From NCBI RefSeq assembly GCF_009834535.1, contig NC_045697.1, positions 113,772,001 through 113,836,000 on the forward strand: a DNA stretch of 64,000 nucleotides. The letters run 5' to 3'. The stretch is from Camelus ferus. Its lineage: Eukaryota. A program made the position numbers and the translations under genes. Position 1 is the stretch's first letter. Each line of letters begins with the position of its first letter. The notes under the pieces are model-generated. The model was not told where the DNA came from, did no database searches, and worked only from the letters and a program-made list of their open reading frames with translations. Below are positions 53,860-64,000 of the stretch, piece after piece.

Positions 53860-54594
53860 TTATTCATATTCATGACTTCGTTTCCCAACTATACATAAAT
53901 GTCTCTCAACTTTGTACCTTGACCCCAGGGTTCTCTTTTGAGTTCCACACTTACATAACCAATGGATTCCTCCACCTTATCTCCAGCATATTTCAACAGG
54001 ACCTTACATTGACCATAGTCAAAGCTGTGCTTATGACAAAAGGATGTTGAGGCTGTTTCTCATCTCAGTGAAAGTATCCTCAGCCAAGTGTCGTTCAAGT
54101 CAGAAACCGTATAACCTTGATGATGGTCTGCTTACAGAAGGAGTAGTCTCTCATCAGGTCCACTCTATTTAATTTACTAAATCTCTCTCAGATAATTAAC
54201 GTCTTTCCATTCATGATACCGCTACACTAGTCCAATGTTCCATCAAGGCAAACCTCCTCCTAAAGCAGATCATCTTCTAATTAATTCCCTCATACCTACA
54301 TCTCTCGTTTAAAATGATCACCCCAGCCCGGCCCCAGAGATCACATCCAAAAGGCAAATCTGAACTTGCCAGTGCTCTTCTGTTAGCTCCTCCAAGATTT
54401 CTCATGGCTCGTAGAACAAAGTCAAACCTTAACATCGTTTCAAAATCCTGTGTTATTTAGCCCATTTGAGTTTATTTTCCATGTGTTCTCTTGGTTTCAA
54501 TTACAACAACCTTTTAGCGTATTCTCAAAAATGCTGTGACCAGTGACACTTCAAGTCCCTGTAAAACTGAACCGTCTTCTACAGAGATGATACT

Positions 54595-54625
<31 letters not shown>

Positions 54626-55005
54626 GATTAGTTTCTGCTTGACCTTCAGTTCACTGCTCAATGTTACTTCCTTAAAGGAGACTTTATTAAGACTAGGGCT
54701 AAATTAGATCCCTTGGTTATACGGCCACATAACTCCCTATGCTTTTCTTTCATAGCACTTATTATAGTTTACAATTTACAATTTAGCATTACTTAATTAC
54801 TTTCCATTTACCACACATGACTCCAAGTTTTTTATCGTGGTTCAGTGGTTTCATCCACCACTGAATTTTTGGCCATAATAAATTGCTTGGAAATCTCCAA
54901 ATAAATATGGGCTGATAAATATTTTGCCTGAAAAATAATTTTGAGCTTTTACTGGTGTGGTACCTGTTCACAGCTACCTGTATACCATGATGTCTACAAC
55001 AGTGA
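53860..55005 (+). mobile_element. L2 fragment(s)
   Basis: 'ctcttttgagttccacacttacataaccaa', 'ccttcagttcactgctcaatgttacttcctt', 'ttcatagcacttattatag'. Confidence 0.65.
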
Positions 55006-56994
55006 CTGAGGTTCTGAAACTGGGTGTGTGGGCCCCCAATAACCTAGAGAATTATCATTACAAGATTACTCGCCTGTGATTATACCAGGTCAGAATATAA
55101 TCAATTTTTTTTTCTCTTTTCTTTCACATTGCCTCTTCCTAAAACCACTGCTTTATCCACTGCTTTATGTCAGTACAGGATCCTCATATGTCCCTGTAAA
55201 AGTTATTGTTCTACAATCTGACCTGTTTCTTCCATTTAATTTTCAAAATGGAAATATTTTATTCAAAAAGAAGAGGAAAAAAGAAGCTGAGGGATTGAGG
55301 AGGAATAAAAAAAAGGCAGGTTCCAAATTGTGCATGCCTTTACTTGATTAATATTCTGGTGCCATGTCCCCCTAAATAATCAGATCCCAAACTGATTTTC
55401 TACATGAACTTAACAGTGAAGGTCATAGGAAATGTCCTCCACGTTCTACTCCTATCTCACAGTAGTAAAAAGAGGGCAGTGCATTGTGATGCAGATTTGC
55501 TGCAATGTTCCGCCTAGTTCCCTAGCAGACAGTTTCCCATGAATATCATTATCCTGCCCATAAAAAGAAGTGCAGGTAATAATGGGCAACACACTAGCCA
55601 CAATAAGATGAAAAGCCCTCCCAGCTACCAAACTCAAACACCTGACATTTGAATGTTTGGGAACGGCCAATCGGTGCAGAGAAGCAAGACAATGGGATAT
55701 TAAGTTACAGTTTAAGGCTTTAGGAAGAAAATTTAGCATTACCACTGAGGGAGATTGAACTAAGCTTGGTATTTGGCAAAGGTTATGTATTTGAGAGCTA
55801 CAGTAAAATATGAAACGCTATGGAAATGAGTATACGATTCAGAAGCAGTATCAAGAACAAGTCTTACAGGTCTTTCTTTAAAAAAAAGTAACATACAGTA
55901 AATGAGGCAGTTTCATATTTTTATGTTCTTTGAAAATAAAATCTTGAAGTGAAAATGTATGTACTTTATAGCATTCAATACATATTGTACTAAGGCATTA
56001 TTTTAACAGTAAATTAGTATTCTCAGAAGAAAGGTAGATGCTCATTTAATTTATAACTGAATTGTTTTTAATAAAATTTATTTGCATAACCTAATGTGAA
56101 CTATATATTAAACTATAAGGACTATTAGCAAATAACTGTTGTCATCAAAAGAAAAATAAAATTCAGACCTCAAATCTAGGAATTCAGAATGAATAATAAA
56201 ACTACAAGAGTCAGACTTATGCTAAATTTTCACGTGATTTTAAAAGAAAATATGCCAAGATAAGCATTCTATATCTAATATTTTGTCATGTGAACATTTA
56301 AGTCATGAATACAAAATAAGAATGTTAATTTTGAAGTAAATGTTCTTTATTAGTTAAGAGATCAATGATCATTTGTTATTTATTTTAAACTTTGACTGTA
56401 TTGCTGTCTAAAGTGATCACGAATTATTCTCACATTTAAAAACCTCATAATTATTTTAGACAACAAAAGGACAGCTATAAACTCTGGACAGAGTATGGAA
56501 TAAAACTATCTGATGGGGGCTCTGATGAGTGAATACATACAGGGAGAATTTGGAGGAGTTCAGCCTGAAAGGAAGTGGCACACATGAATGCATTTCCTGT
56601 TTTAGGGCTGGAGTGGCTGATGGACCAAAAGGAAGTACAGCTGTATTTCTAGAAGGAAGAACCAAAGAAAAGGAGCCTGGAGAATCAGGGTCACCAGGCA
56701 GGAATCAGCAAACCCTGGGAATGAAAGAACCAGAGAAAGAAAGTCCAAACTCTACATGTGAGTTTGCTAAGATTGTGTGCATGCACAGGAGAAGCCAAAA
56801 GCCAACCGATTGGAGATCTGAGCTCCCACTTACCAAAGGTACAGCAGACTTTTGGTCCAACCTAGATTTTGCTAAACAAAAACATCAACTCCATTCAAAA
56901 CAATGTAAAACAATTCAGAATGTCCATGGTACATGGCTTTCAGTGTCTAGGACACAGTCACAAGTTATATGGCACATAAAAAGTAAAGTAAATG

Positions 56995-57506
56995 TGTTAC
57001 CGAGTCCAAACTCATTCTGTTCGCCACACTAGTAAATCGGGAGGTGAGGTGCTGGGACAAGGAATAACGACTTTATTCAGAAAGCCAGCAGACCAAAAAA
57101 GATGGGGGACTAATATCCTAGAGAACCATCTCACCAAGTCAGAATTCAGGCCCCTTTTATACTGAAAAAGGAGAGGGGGTATGTTTGGTTGTTGCAAACT
57201 CTTAGTGTCAGATTCCTTCATTCTTGCAGCTGTCTAATAGGTCAGGTCACAGTGTCCCTGTAAACCTCCAACAAGACAAATGTTATTTTCTATTCTGCAA
57301 CCTTTTATCTCTATATGAATGGGAAATTGTTATCCCTTTAAAGGTCAGAGCCTTGAGAATGGGCACTTCTGTCTATTTCAGGCTCCAGGCAACATCCTTT
57401 TACAAAAGGTGCGGAACCAGCATGACTGAGCCCAGGAAACAGAGCCCAGGGTTAGAGCTAACGGAACAGGTCTCATATGGAGTCAGATGTATTCTTCCCT
57501 ACTACA
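56995..57506 (-). mobile_element. ERV1-type solo LTR
   Basis: TG...CA termini and 4-bp flanks aatg/catg. The minus strand has TATAAAA (~57155-57161) followed by AATAAA (~57072-57077). Confidence 0.8.
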
Positions 57507-58635
57507 CATGGCATAATTCTGTCAAGAAAGTGAAGAGCAACAGACACCAAGTGACCCAGAGGTGGGTTTTATCAGACAAAGGCTTCAAAGCAGTTCTTAA
57601 TATTTGTAATTGAGGAAAATGACTTAAATTTAGAAAATTCACCAAAGAAATAGAAAATATTTTTAAATGGAAAATTTAGAATGGGAAAAATGTAATCTCT
57701 GAAATGAAATATTGAGAGGCAGGGATTCATGGCAGAAAGGAGATGCCAGAGGAAAGGTTTAGGAAGTTGGAAGATAGATTAATTATAATATCATTCAATC
57801 TGAAGAAGAGAGAAACAATTAATGAAAAAAATGGTCAGAGCCCCTGAGATATGTGGCATATTATTTCCCATTTTATTCACTCATTGTTCTACATACAGGT
57901 AATTGAAATGCCAAAAGAAGAAAGGTGAGCGAATTGAACAAATAAAATGTTCGTACAAATAATAGCTGAATATCCCCCAAATGAGAGAAAAACAGATTTA
58001 TAGATTCAAGAGGCCCATCAAAACAGGATAAATAAAAACACACACCCCCCCCCAAGTACCTCAAAGTTAATAGAAATGCTTGAAAAGCCAATATTAATAG
58101 AAATGCTTGAAATAAATTGGAAAAATACACATTAAATATAGGGGAACAATTATTATAATGACCTCTGACTTCTGTGCAGAAACCATGCAGGACAAAGAGA
58201 CTGGAAAAACATTTTTAAGACTAAAATTAAAAAAAAAAAAACTAAGGTGAAGTAGATTTAAATAAAGAAAATCTAGGAGATGTTGATATCAAATCCCCAT
58301 TAAAAGAGAGAAATGTTAAATAAACATAATTTAATTAATTATTCCAGAGGAAAATTCTAATCTTTAAGAATGAGTAATGAATATAATAAATGGTAAACAT
58401 CTGGATGAATATAAATATAAACTATATATATATATAAAATATACACGTGACAAATACTTGTATATAAAACAAATATTTATACATGGAACTATGGCAAAGT
58501 AAAGCACACTTTTGAAAAACATGTAAAGATCAAGTCCAAATTTGATAAGGAATCATAAACTTACAAAGTAAATTTAAATGAAAGAATAAATTTGGAAAAA
58601 AAGTACCCAATTTCTACATGTACATTTAAAGTAAT

Positions 58636-58846
58636 CAAGACTCCATGTTCACATACTTTTTCTTAGCATTTGTAGGCCACGCATTTGGTCTCTTCACATT
58701 TACAATGGCAGAGTTCTGCCACTGTAGCATGAAAGCTGAGTAAATAATTATGTAAACAATTCAGATTCCTGTGTTCTAATAAAACTTTATTTATAAAAAA
58801 TAGCAGCAGGCCCAATTTGTTTGTGGGTCATTGTTTGGTGACTCTG
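58636..58846 (-). mobile_element. MER58-like hAT MITE
   Basis: 'tctgccactgtagcatgaaagc..gtgttctaataaaactttatttataaaaa..ggcccaatttg..ttgtttggtgactctg'. Confidence 0.7.
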
Positions 58847-59042
58847 ATCAAGGCTGTGGAATTGTCAAAAGGCTAAACCTATAGACTGATAGAACCAAAT
58901 AGAAGCCAGAGTATACCCATTTATTTGGTCAACAAAAATGCTAAATCAATTCATTGGTGAACATTTGGTAGTAATTTCTTAATATAGTTACAATTTGCAT
59001 TTCCCATGTAATGATGTTGGACATCATTTGTTTTTAAGAAAT

Positions 59043-59243
59043 GTTTTTAAACATTTTTTATTGAGTAATAGTCATTTTGCAATGTTGTGTCAAATTCCAG
59101 TGTAGAGCACAATTTTTCAGTTATACATGAACATACATATATTCGTCACATTTTTTTTTTCGCTGTGAGTACCACAAGATCTTGTATGTATTTCCCTGTG
59201 CTATAAAGTATAATCTTGTTTATCTATTCTACATATGCTATCA
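59043..59243 (-). mobile_element. Short L1 3' end, same 3'UTR type as 30814-31496
   Basis: 'aatgttgtgtcaaattccagtgtagagcacaatttttcagttatacatgaaca' is the reverse complement of the 31380-31445 sequence. Likely TSD gtttttaagaaat / gttcttaagaaat. Confidence 0.88.
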
Positions 59244-59715
59244 GTTCTTAAGAAATTTAATGAAGTCTTTGTTAAAATCTACTTTAAGTGAAAATTTTAA
59301 AACTGGCAGTGAAAATTTGATGCAGATGTGGAGAAACAGGAACTCATATATTGTCAATGAGAATATAAAATACACATGATTTTAAGAAATGATTTGGCAG
59401 TTTCTTAAAATGTTAAACACCTACCATATTACCCAACAATTTTATCCCAAGTTATTTACACAAAGGAAATGAAAAGATAAGTCTAAACAAAGACTTATAA
59501 CTGAATGTTCATAAAAGATTGATTCATAGCAGTTCAGTTTGAAAAGGTCCTGTTTGTATGGATTGATGTGATGGATAAACCAACTGTGGCATCTCCATCC
59601 AATAGAATAATACTTAGCAATGAAAAGTAACAAACCTCTGAAACAAGCAAGAACATGGATGAATGTCAAAATCATTACACTGACTGAAAGAAATCATATA
59701 TGTGACTTCTTTCAG

Positions 59716-59815
59716 TATATATATATAATTTTATTATATATTAATTACATATAATTATTATGTATAATTATATATTATTATAATTATATATAATTAATAT
59801 ATATATATATATAAA
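59716..59815. repeat. (TA)-rich low-complexity tract
   Basis: Seen directly. Confidence 0.85.
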
Positions 59816-61576
59816 TTTAGATAATAAAATCTAATTTATGGTGGCCAAAAAACAATCAGTGGTTGCTTATGATTGGAGATGAAGAGAAAAGTGAACTTTA
59901 ATAAAGAATCTTAAAAGGGATCTTTTAGGGGAGATGGGCATGTCTTCTATTTTGATTCCGGTGACGATTTTATAGCAGTATATAATTTTAAAAACTCATC
60001 ACGTTTTTTATGTTAAATGTGCACAGTTTACCACACTCAATTTATATCTGAATAAAATTCCTATCAATGACAATTGCATAATAAATATGTTCTTCCCACA
60101 TAAACCTCATTTAGAAAAATGTTTGTAATGTAACTATGCAAAAAAGAGAACTATTTTTGTAGTTAATTCTGTTCTAGTATTTGAAAGAACTTCTGTGAAG
60201 TAGCAGTCCAACAACTTACAGTGAGTTGAAATGCATCATGCTAAAACTCTGAGAAAGGGCTTGTGTATTGATTTCACTGGTGATAAGGAGAGTCCACTTT
60301 TGTAACAATCAGAGTCCCGTCAGTAACAGAAATCACACAGGAATTTGAAGAAGGAACATTTAATACAAAGATTATTTGATGATTAACAGGACTGGAGTAC
60401 TGTTAACTAGCAACATGATTGCCTACTAGGATAGAAAGGCAAAGAGACAAGATAAAGAGAATTCTAGGGAATATAGAAATAGCAGTTACAGGGCTAGGGA
60501 ACAACAAGGTCTGACGGTAAGAATGTCCTTACGTCACCACCGTAGATGGCAGATAATAACAGTAGAGTGATGTGCAAAATGTGGATAAACAAAGCACGGT
60601 CCGATCTGAGCTTACACAGAATTTTAACTTGGTGGATTAACTGCTGGTTTTAATTCTTTATTTATTTTTTGTCACACACAGAACAGAGAGACATTTGACA
60701 ATAGTGTCTGATTTACAAAGTTACGCACAAGCACCTTGCTTTCTAGCTGATTCCATTCTCATAGGCAGCCTTATGTTTCCAGTTTTTGTTTTTTTTAGTA
60801 TTACTTTCCTTAGAGAAAAAAAAGACATATTTGGTTACACATTATTTTATATACTACAGTAGACAGTGGCTTGCTTTCCTGTACTTACAGAATCAAAATT
60901 GTCCCCAAAAGATCATCTAATGTGATCTCACATTTTTATAATCTGATTCTATTAAATTTTTGATGCACACCACTTGTCCTTACTCTGTAAAGTCAAGGCT
61001 CTTAAATGGGTTCTCTACTTCCATTACTCTCTTTTATCTTAAACCTAGCCTCTCATATTCCAATTTATGTATGTTATTAGGCATTATTGTTTCATGTTCA
61101 TTGGGATCAATACTTGGCTGGTTAAGGTAAAGCATTGGCTCAGGCAGATCATTAACAAAATTACACTATATATCATTAGCATTGCTCTTACATTTAAAAC
61201 ATTAAAAAGTACATTCATTCAATAATCTTTTATGTAGAGTCAATTTTCCCGTAGGTGTGATCTTAATAATGACTAACATTTTTCATCTTTCGTTTATAAA
61301 TTACACTCGTGGAACATCACCTACTATATTCAGTTGAGTTCTCTAAGGTAAGTGTTATTCTAAAGACAATGGCAAAGTAATCTGAAATCATTATGGTTCT
61401 ATATTTCTATTTTTTCTAATAATTTATCTTTTGGCCTACTCTTAAATTTAGTTATATTTTAGTAACTTACCTTTATGAAGCAAACACAGAACCAACAGAA
61501 ATTGCAAAACGGACAGAATTTAAAATAAACAATCATATTCTTTCACTTCTCATTCCCTCCATTGGCTTATGTACTA

Positions 61577-62868
61577 CATGCATGCTTCTTTTTATTGTGT
61601 TAAACTTTATTCTGCTTCACAGACTATTTTTTTTCCCAAATTGAATGTTCATGGCATCGAGCATTTTTCCAACAGCATTTGCTCATTGTCTCTGTGTCCC
61701 ATTGTGGTTAAGTCTCAGAATATTTCAACCTTTTTGTCGATATCTTATTTGTGATGGTCATCTGTGTTCAGTGATCACACCTTCAATGTGGTGCCCTTGC
61801 TCAAGTGTTCCCACTAGTGGTGGAGCCTTACAATGCACCCTCTCAGTCCACCAGCTCTTAGAAACCACAGATGAGACCTATTGCACTGATAACAATGCCT
61901 TCTATAACATCTGCCCCAAAACCCTAAAGCCAACCACATCACCTGCACTTCCTGGGACAACTTGGTGCTGATCTGTGTGAGCACAATGTGAACATGGTGC
62001 CCTTCCCTTGCCTGCATTTCTTCATGCCTGGTTTCACCCCACTGATCAGTAGGGGTAGCCAGTAGTACCAGGCCCTTAAGGTGCTCGAGCTCATCCTGCA
62101 GATGTTTCACTCCAAGAGCATGATGTCTGCCTGTGATCCCCATCACAACCACTAACTGATGTTGGCTGCCCTGTTCAGTGGCTGGCCACATATCCATGCA
62201 GGAGGAAGATGTGTATAGGTGTTTAACTCTGAAACAAGAACAGCTGTTTTGTCAACTAGATCCCCAACTGTGTGAAAGCAGTGATCCGTGACATCCCACC
62301 CCAGCTGTGAAGAAAGTCCACCACCTTCATCGGCAATAACAGCCTGGCCATCCAGAAGAATACATTCAGTACTCTCTGAGAAGTTCACAGTCATGTCCAG
62401 CACAAGGCATTCCTACATGGTGCACCAGTGAGGGCTGGATGAAATGGAGTTCACCTAGGCTGAGAGCAACATGAATGCCCCAGTGTTCGAGTCCTAGCAG
62501 CACCAGGACGCCATGACTAAGGAGGAGGGCAAGCTGTCTTATTTTAAGAAATTGCCACAGCCACCCCAGCCTTCAGCAACACCACCATCTGTCAGCAGCC
62601 ATCAGCATCAAGGCAAGGCATTCCACCAGCAAAAACATTATGACTTACTGAAAGCTCAGATGTTGGTTAGCATTTTTAGCGAAGTATTTTTTCAATTAAG
62701 ATATATACATTGCTTTTTTAGACAATGCTACTGCACTAAGACTATAGTGTGGGGTAAACTTTTAAATGCACTGGGAATTCCCAGAATTTGTGTGACTCCC
62801 TTTATTTTGGTATTCGCTTTATTGCCGTTGTCTGGAATCAAGCTTGCAACGTCTCCAAGGTATGCCTG
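61577..62868 (+). mobile_element. Tigger1-type (TcMar/pogo) non-autonomous DNA transposon with foreign interior
   Basis: The 5' arm (61577-61776) reads 'catgcatgcttc..catttttccaacagcatttgctca..tctgtgttcagtgatc'. The 3' arm (62534-62868) reads 'tgtcttattttaagaaattgccacagccacccca..tctccaaggtatgcctg'. TA lies at 61575-61576 and 62869-62870. Confidence 0.9.
61777..62533 (+). pseudogene. Beta-tubulin coding fragment (about residues 166-435), decayed; closest to TUBB4B-type by eye
   Basis: Broken translation: [81 protein letters not shown]. Multiple stops and frameshifts. Confidence 0.95.
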
Positions 62869-64000
62869 TATTTCTTTAAATTATGTGGTACTATTATAAG
62901 TGCAACTAATATAAATAAATCAAACAAAATAAAGTCATAGTAAGCATGTATTTCATCAGATAAAGTTGCTCCTTAGCATACTAGAGAATAACCCAGTGTA
63001 ATCTAGACAATGTCCACATTGAATATCAATCAATATGGAAAATAGATTAATAGTTGTGAAAATGACAAAGCCTTTTGAGTTGAAATTTTTTTGAGTTTCT
63101 ACTAACTTATTCTTCCTGTTCCAGTACACACTAGCAAAACTGATCACTTAATTATTTAATGAATCTCTGCAAATATATACAGTACAATGACATGAGGCAT
63201 GTTTTACTGAAAAAAAAAGTACCAACTTCAGAAATATTTACTCAAACATCCATCTATTTAATAGCTTACCTGACCATGGATTTAATCTCTTCCTGTACAC
63301 TGGTCACTGTGCTAACCACTGGAGATTTTTCAAAGGGATAGAATAATTTAAAGATTGGGTGGCTTCAAGTCCAGTTCCCCTAATGAAACAAGTGGTTTGG
63401 GGAAAAAAAAATCACTTTCTTTTGCCAATTGTCAATGTTTTCTTCCCTAAGATAGAAAGTATACATTAATCTGATGAAAACTAAACTAGTTAGTATGAGG
63501 ATGAATCTCATGAATATTAATATGAACAACTGTCGACAGTACTTGATTTTATTAGCACTCAGTTTTTTTTAATGGTTTTGTAGATTAATAAAAAAGAGAA
63601 ATAAAGAGTGAGAGATAAGTAAGGATAATTTCAAACCATATGCAAGGTTGAGAGACTCTGACCAAATAAGAGTCAGTAGAACACACTTGGCCCTAAAGGG
63701 TACATTTTTGAGGTTTCTGAAGGAGAGGGGGAGTTTAAATTGCCCTGGTAAGCATTTTGCTGGTTTATTTTGCTCTGTTTACTTTCTCAGATATGAGATA
63801 ATTATGATAGAGGTGAAGTCGTCCTTATCAAAGAGAAGAATCAAAAAATCTACCTAGACATGTAAAACGAGGACCTTATTGAGTTAAGAAAATGTTACTT
63901 AAGCTGCACCAGCATTTATCCATGAAAACTTTCAAGTCACTGTAAGAATCCATGGTCTTGAATATATAAGGGTAATTACCACAGATCTCCTTTTAAATAT

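Larger units (their letters stand above)
56430..60060 (+). mobile_element. Fragmented old L1 (5' region, ORF1, ORF2/3'UTR pieces) hosting several later insertions
   Basis: ORF1 motifs 'tcaatctgaagaagagaga', 'atagattcaagagg', 'gacttctgtgcagaaaccatgcagg'. 3' motifs 'gatgtggagaaacaggaactcata', 'acatggatgaatgtcaaaatcatta'. Confidence 0.65.

Noticed and set aside
56529..57613. 167-aa and 129-aa ORFs
   Set aside because: They lie in an old L1 5' region and the antisense strand of a solo LTR, with no protein homology that I recognise.
60300..60560. Possible ancient LTR end ('tgtaacaatcagagtcc..acagaaatcacac')
   Set aside because: Resembles old ERVL LTR termini but is too decayed to delimit or name.
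61645..62899. ORFs over the tubulin/Tigger region as a functional tubulin or fusion gene
   Set aside because: Tubulin homology switches frame repeatedly and contains stops. The N-terminal ~165 residues are absent.

Overview
This is AT-rich mammalian genomic DNA, intergenic or deep intronic. Two tRNA-derived SINEs of the vic-1 type suggest a camelid (alpaca, llama or camel); that is an inference from recalled repeat consensus, not a database result. I found no intact protein-coding gene, RNA gene or CRISPR array. The ORFs in the track are random or transposon relics. The window is a layered record of transposable elements: L1 of several ages (one with a perfect 15-bp target-site duplication, one with a twin-priming inversion), L2, MIR, MaLR LTRs plus internal sequence, a MER21-like LTR, an ERV1-type solo LTR, two convergent ERVL pol relics and two MER58-like hAT elements. 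The most unusual structure is at 61577-62868. There a Tigger1-type DNA transposon keeps both ends and its TA target duplications, but its transposase interior is replaced by about 760 bp of decayed beta-tubulin coding sequence with no poly(A) or TSD of its own. This looks like Pack-TIR-style gene capture. Repeat subfamily names and most boundaries are by-eye estimates.
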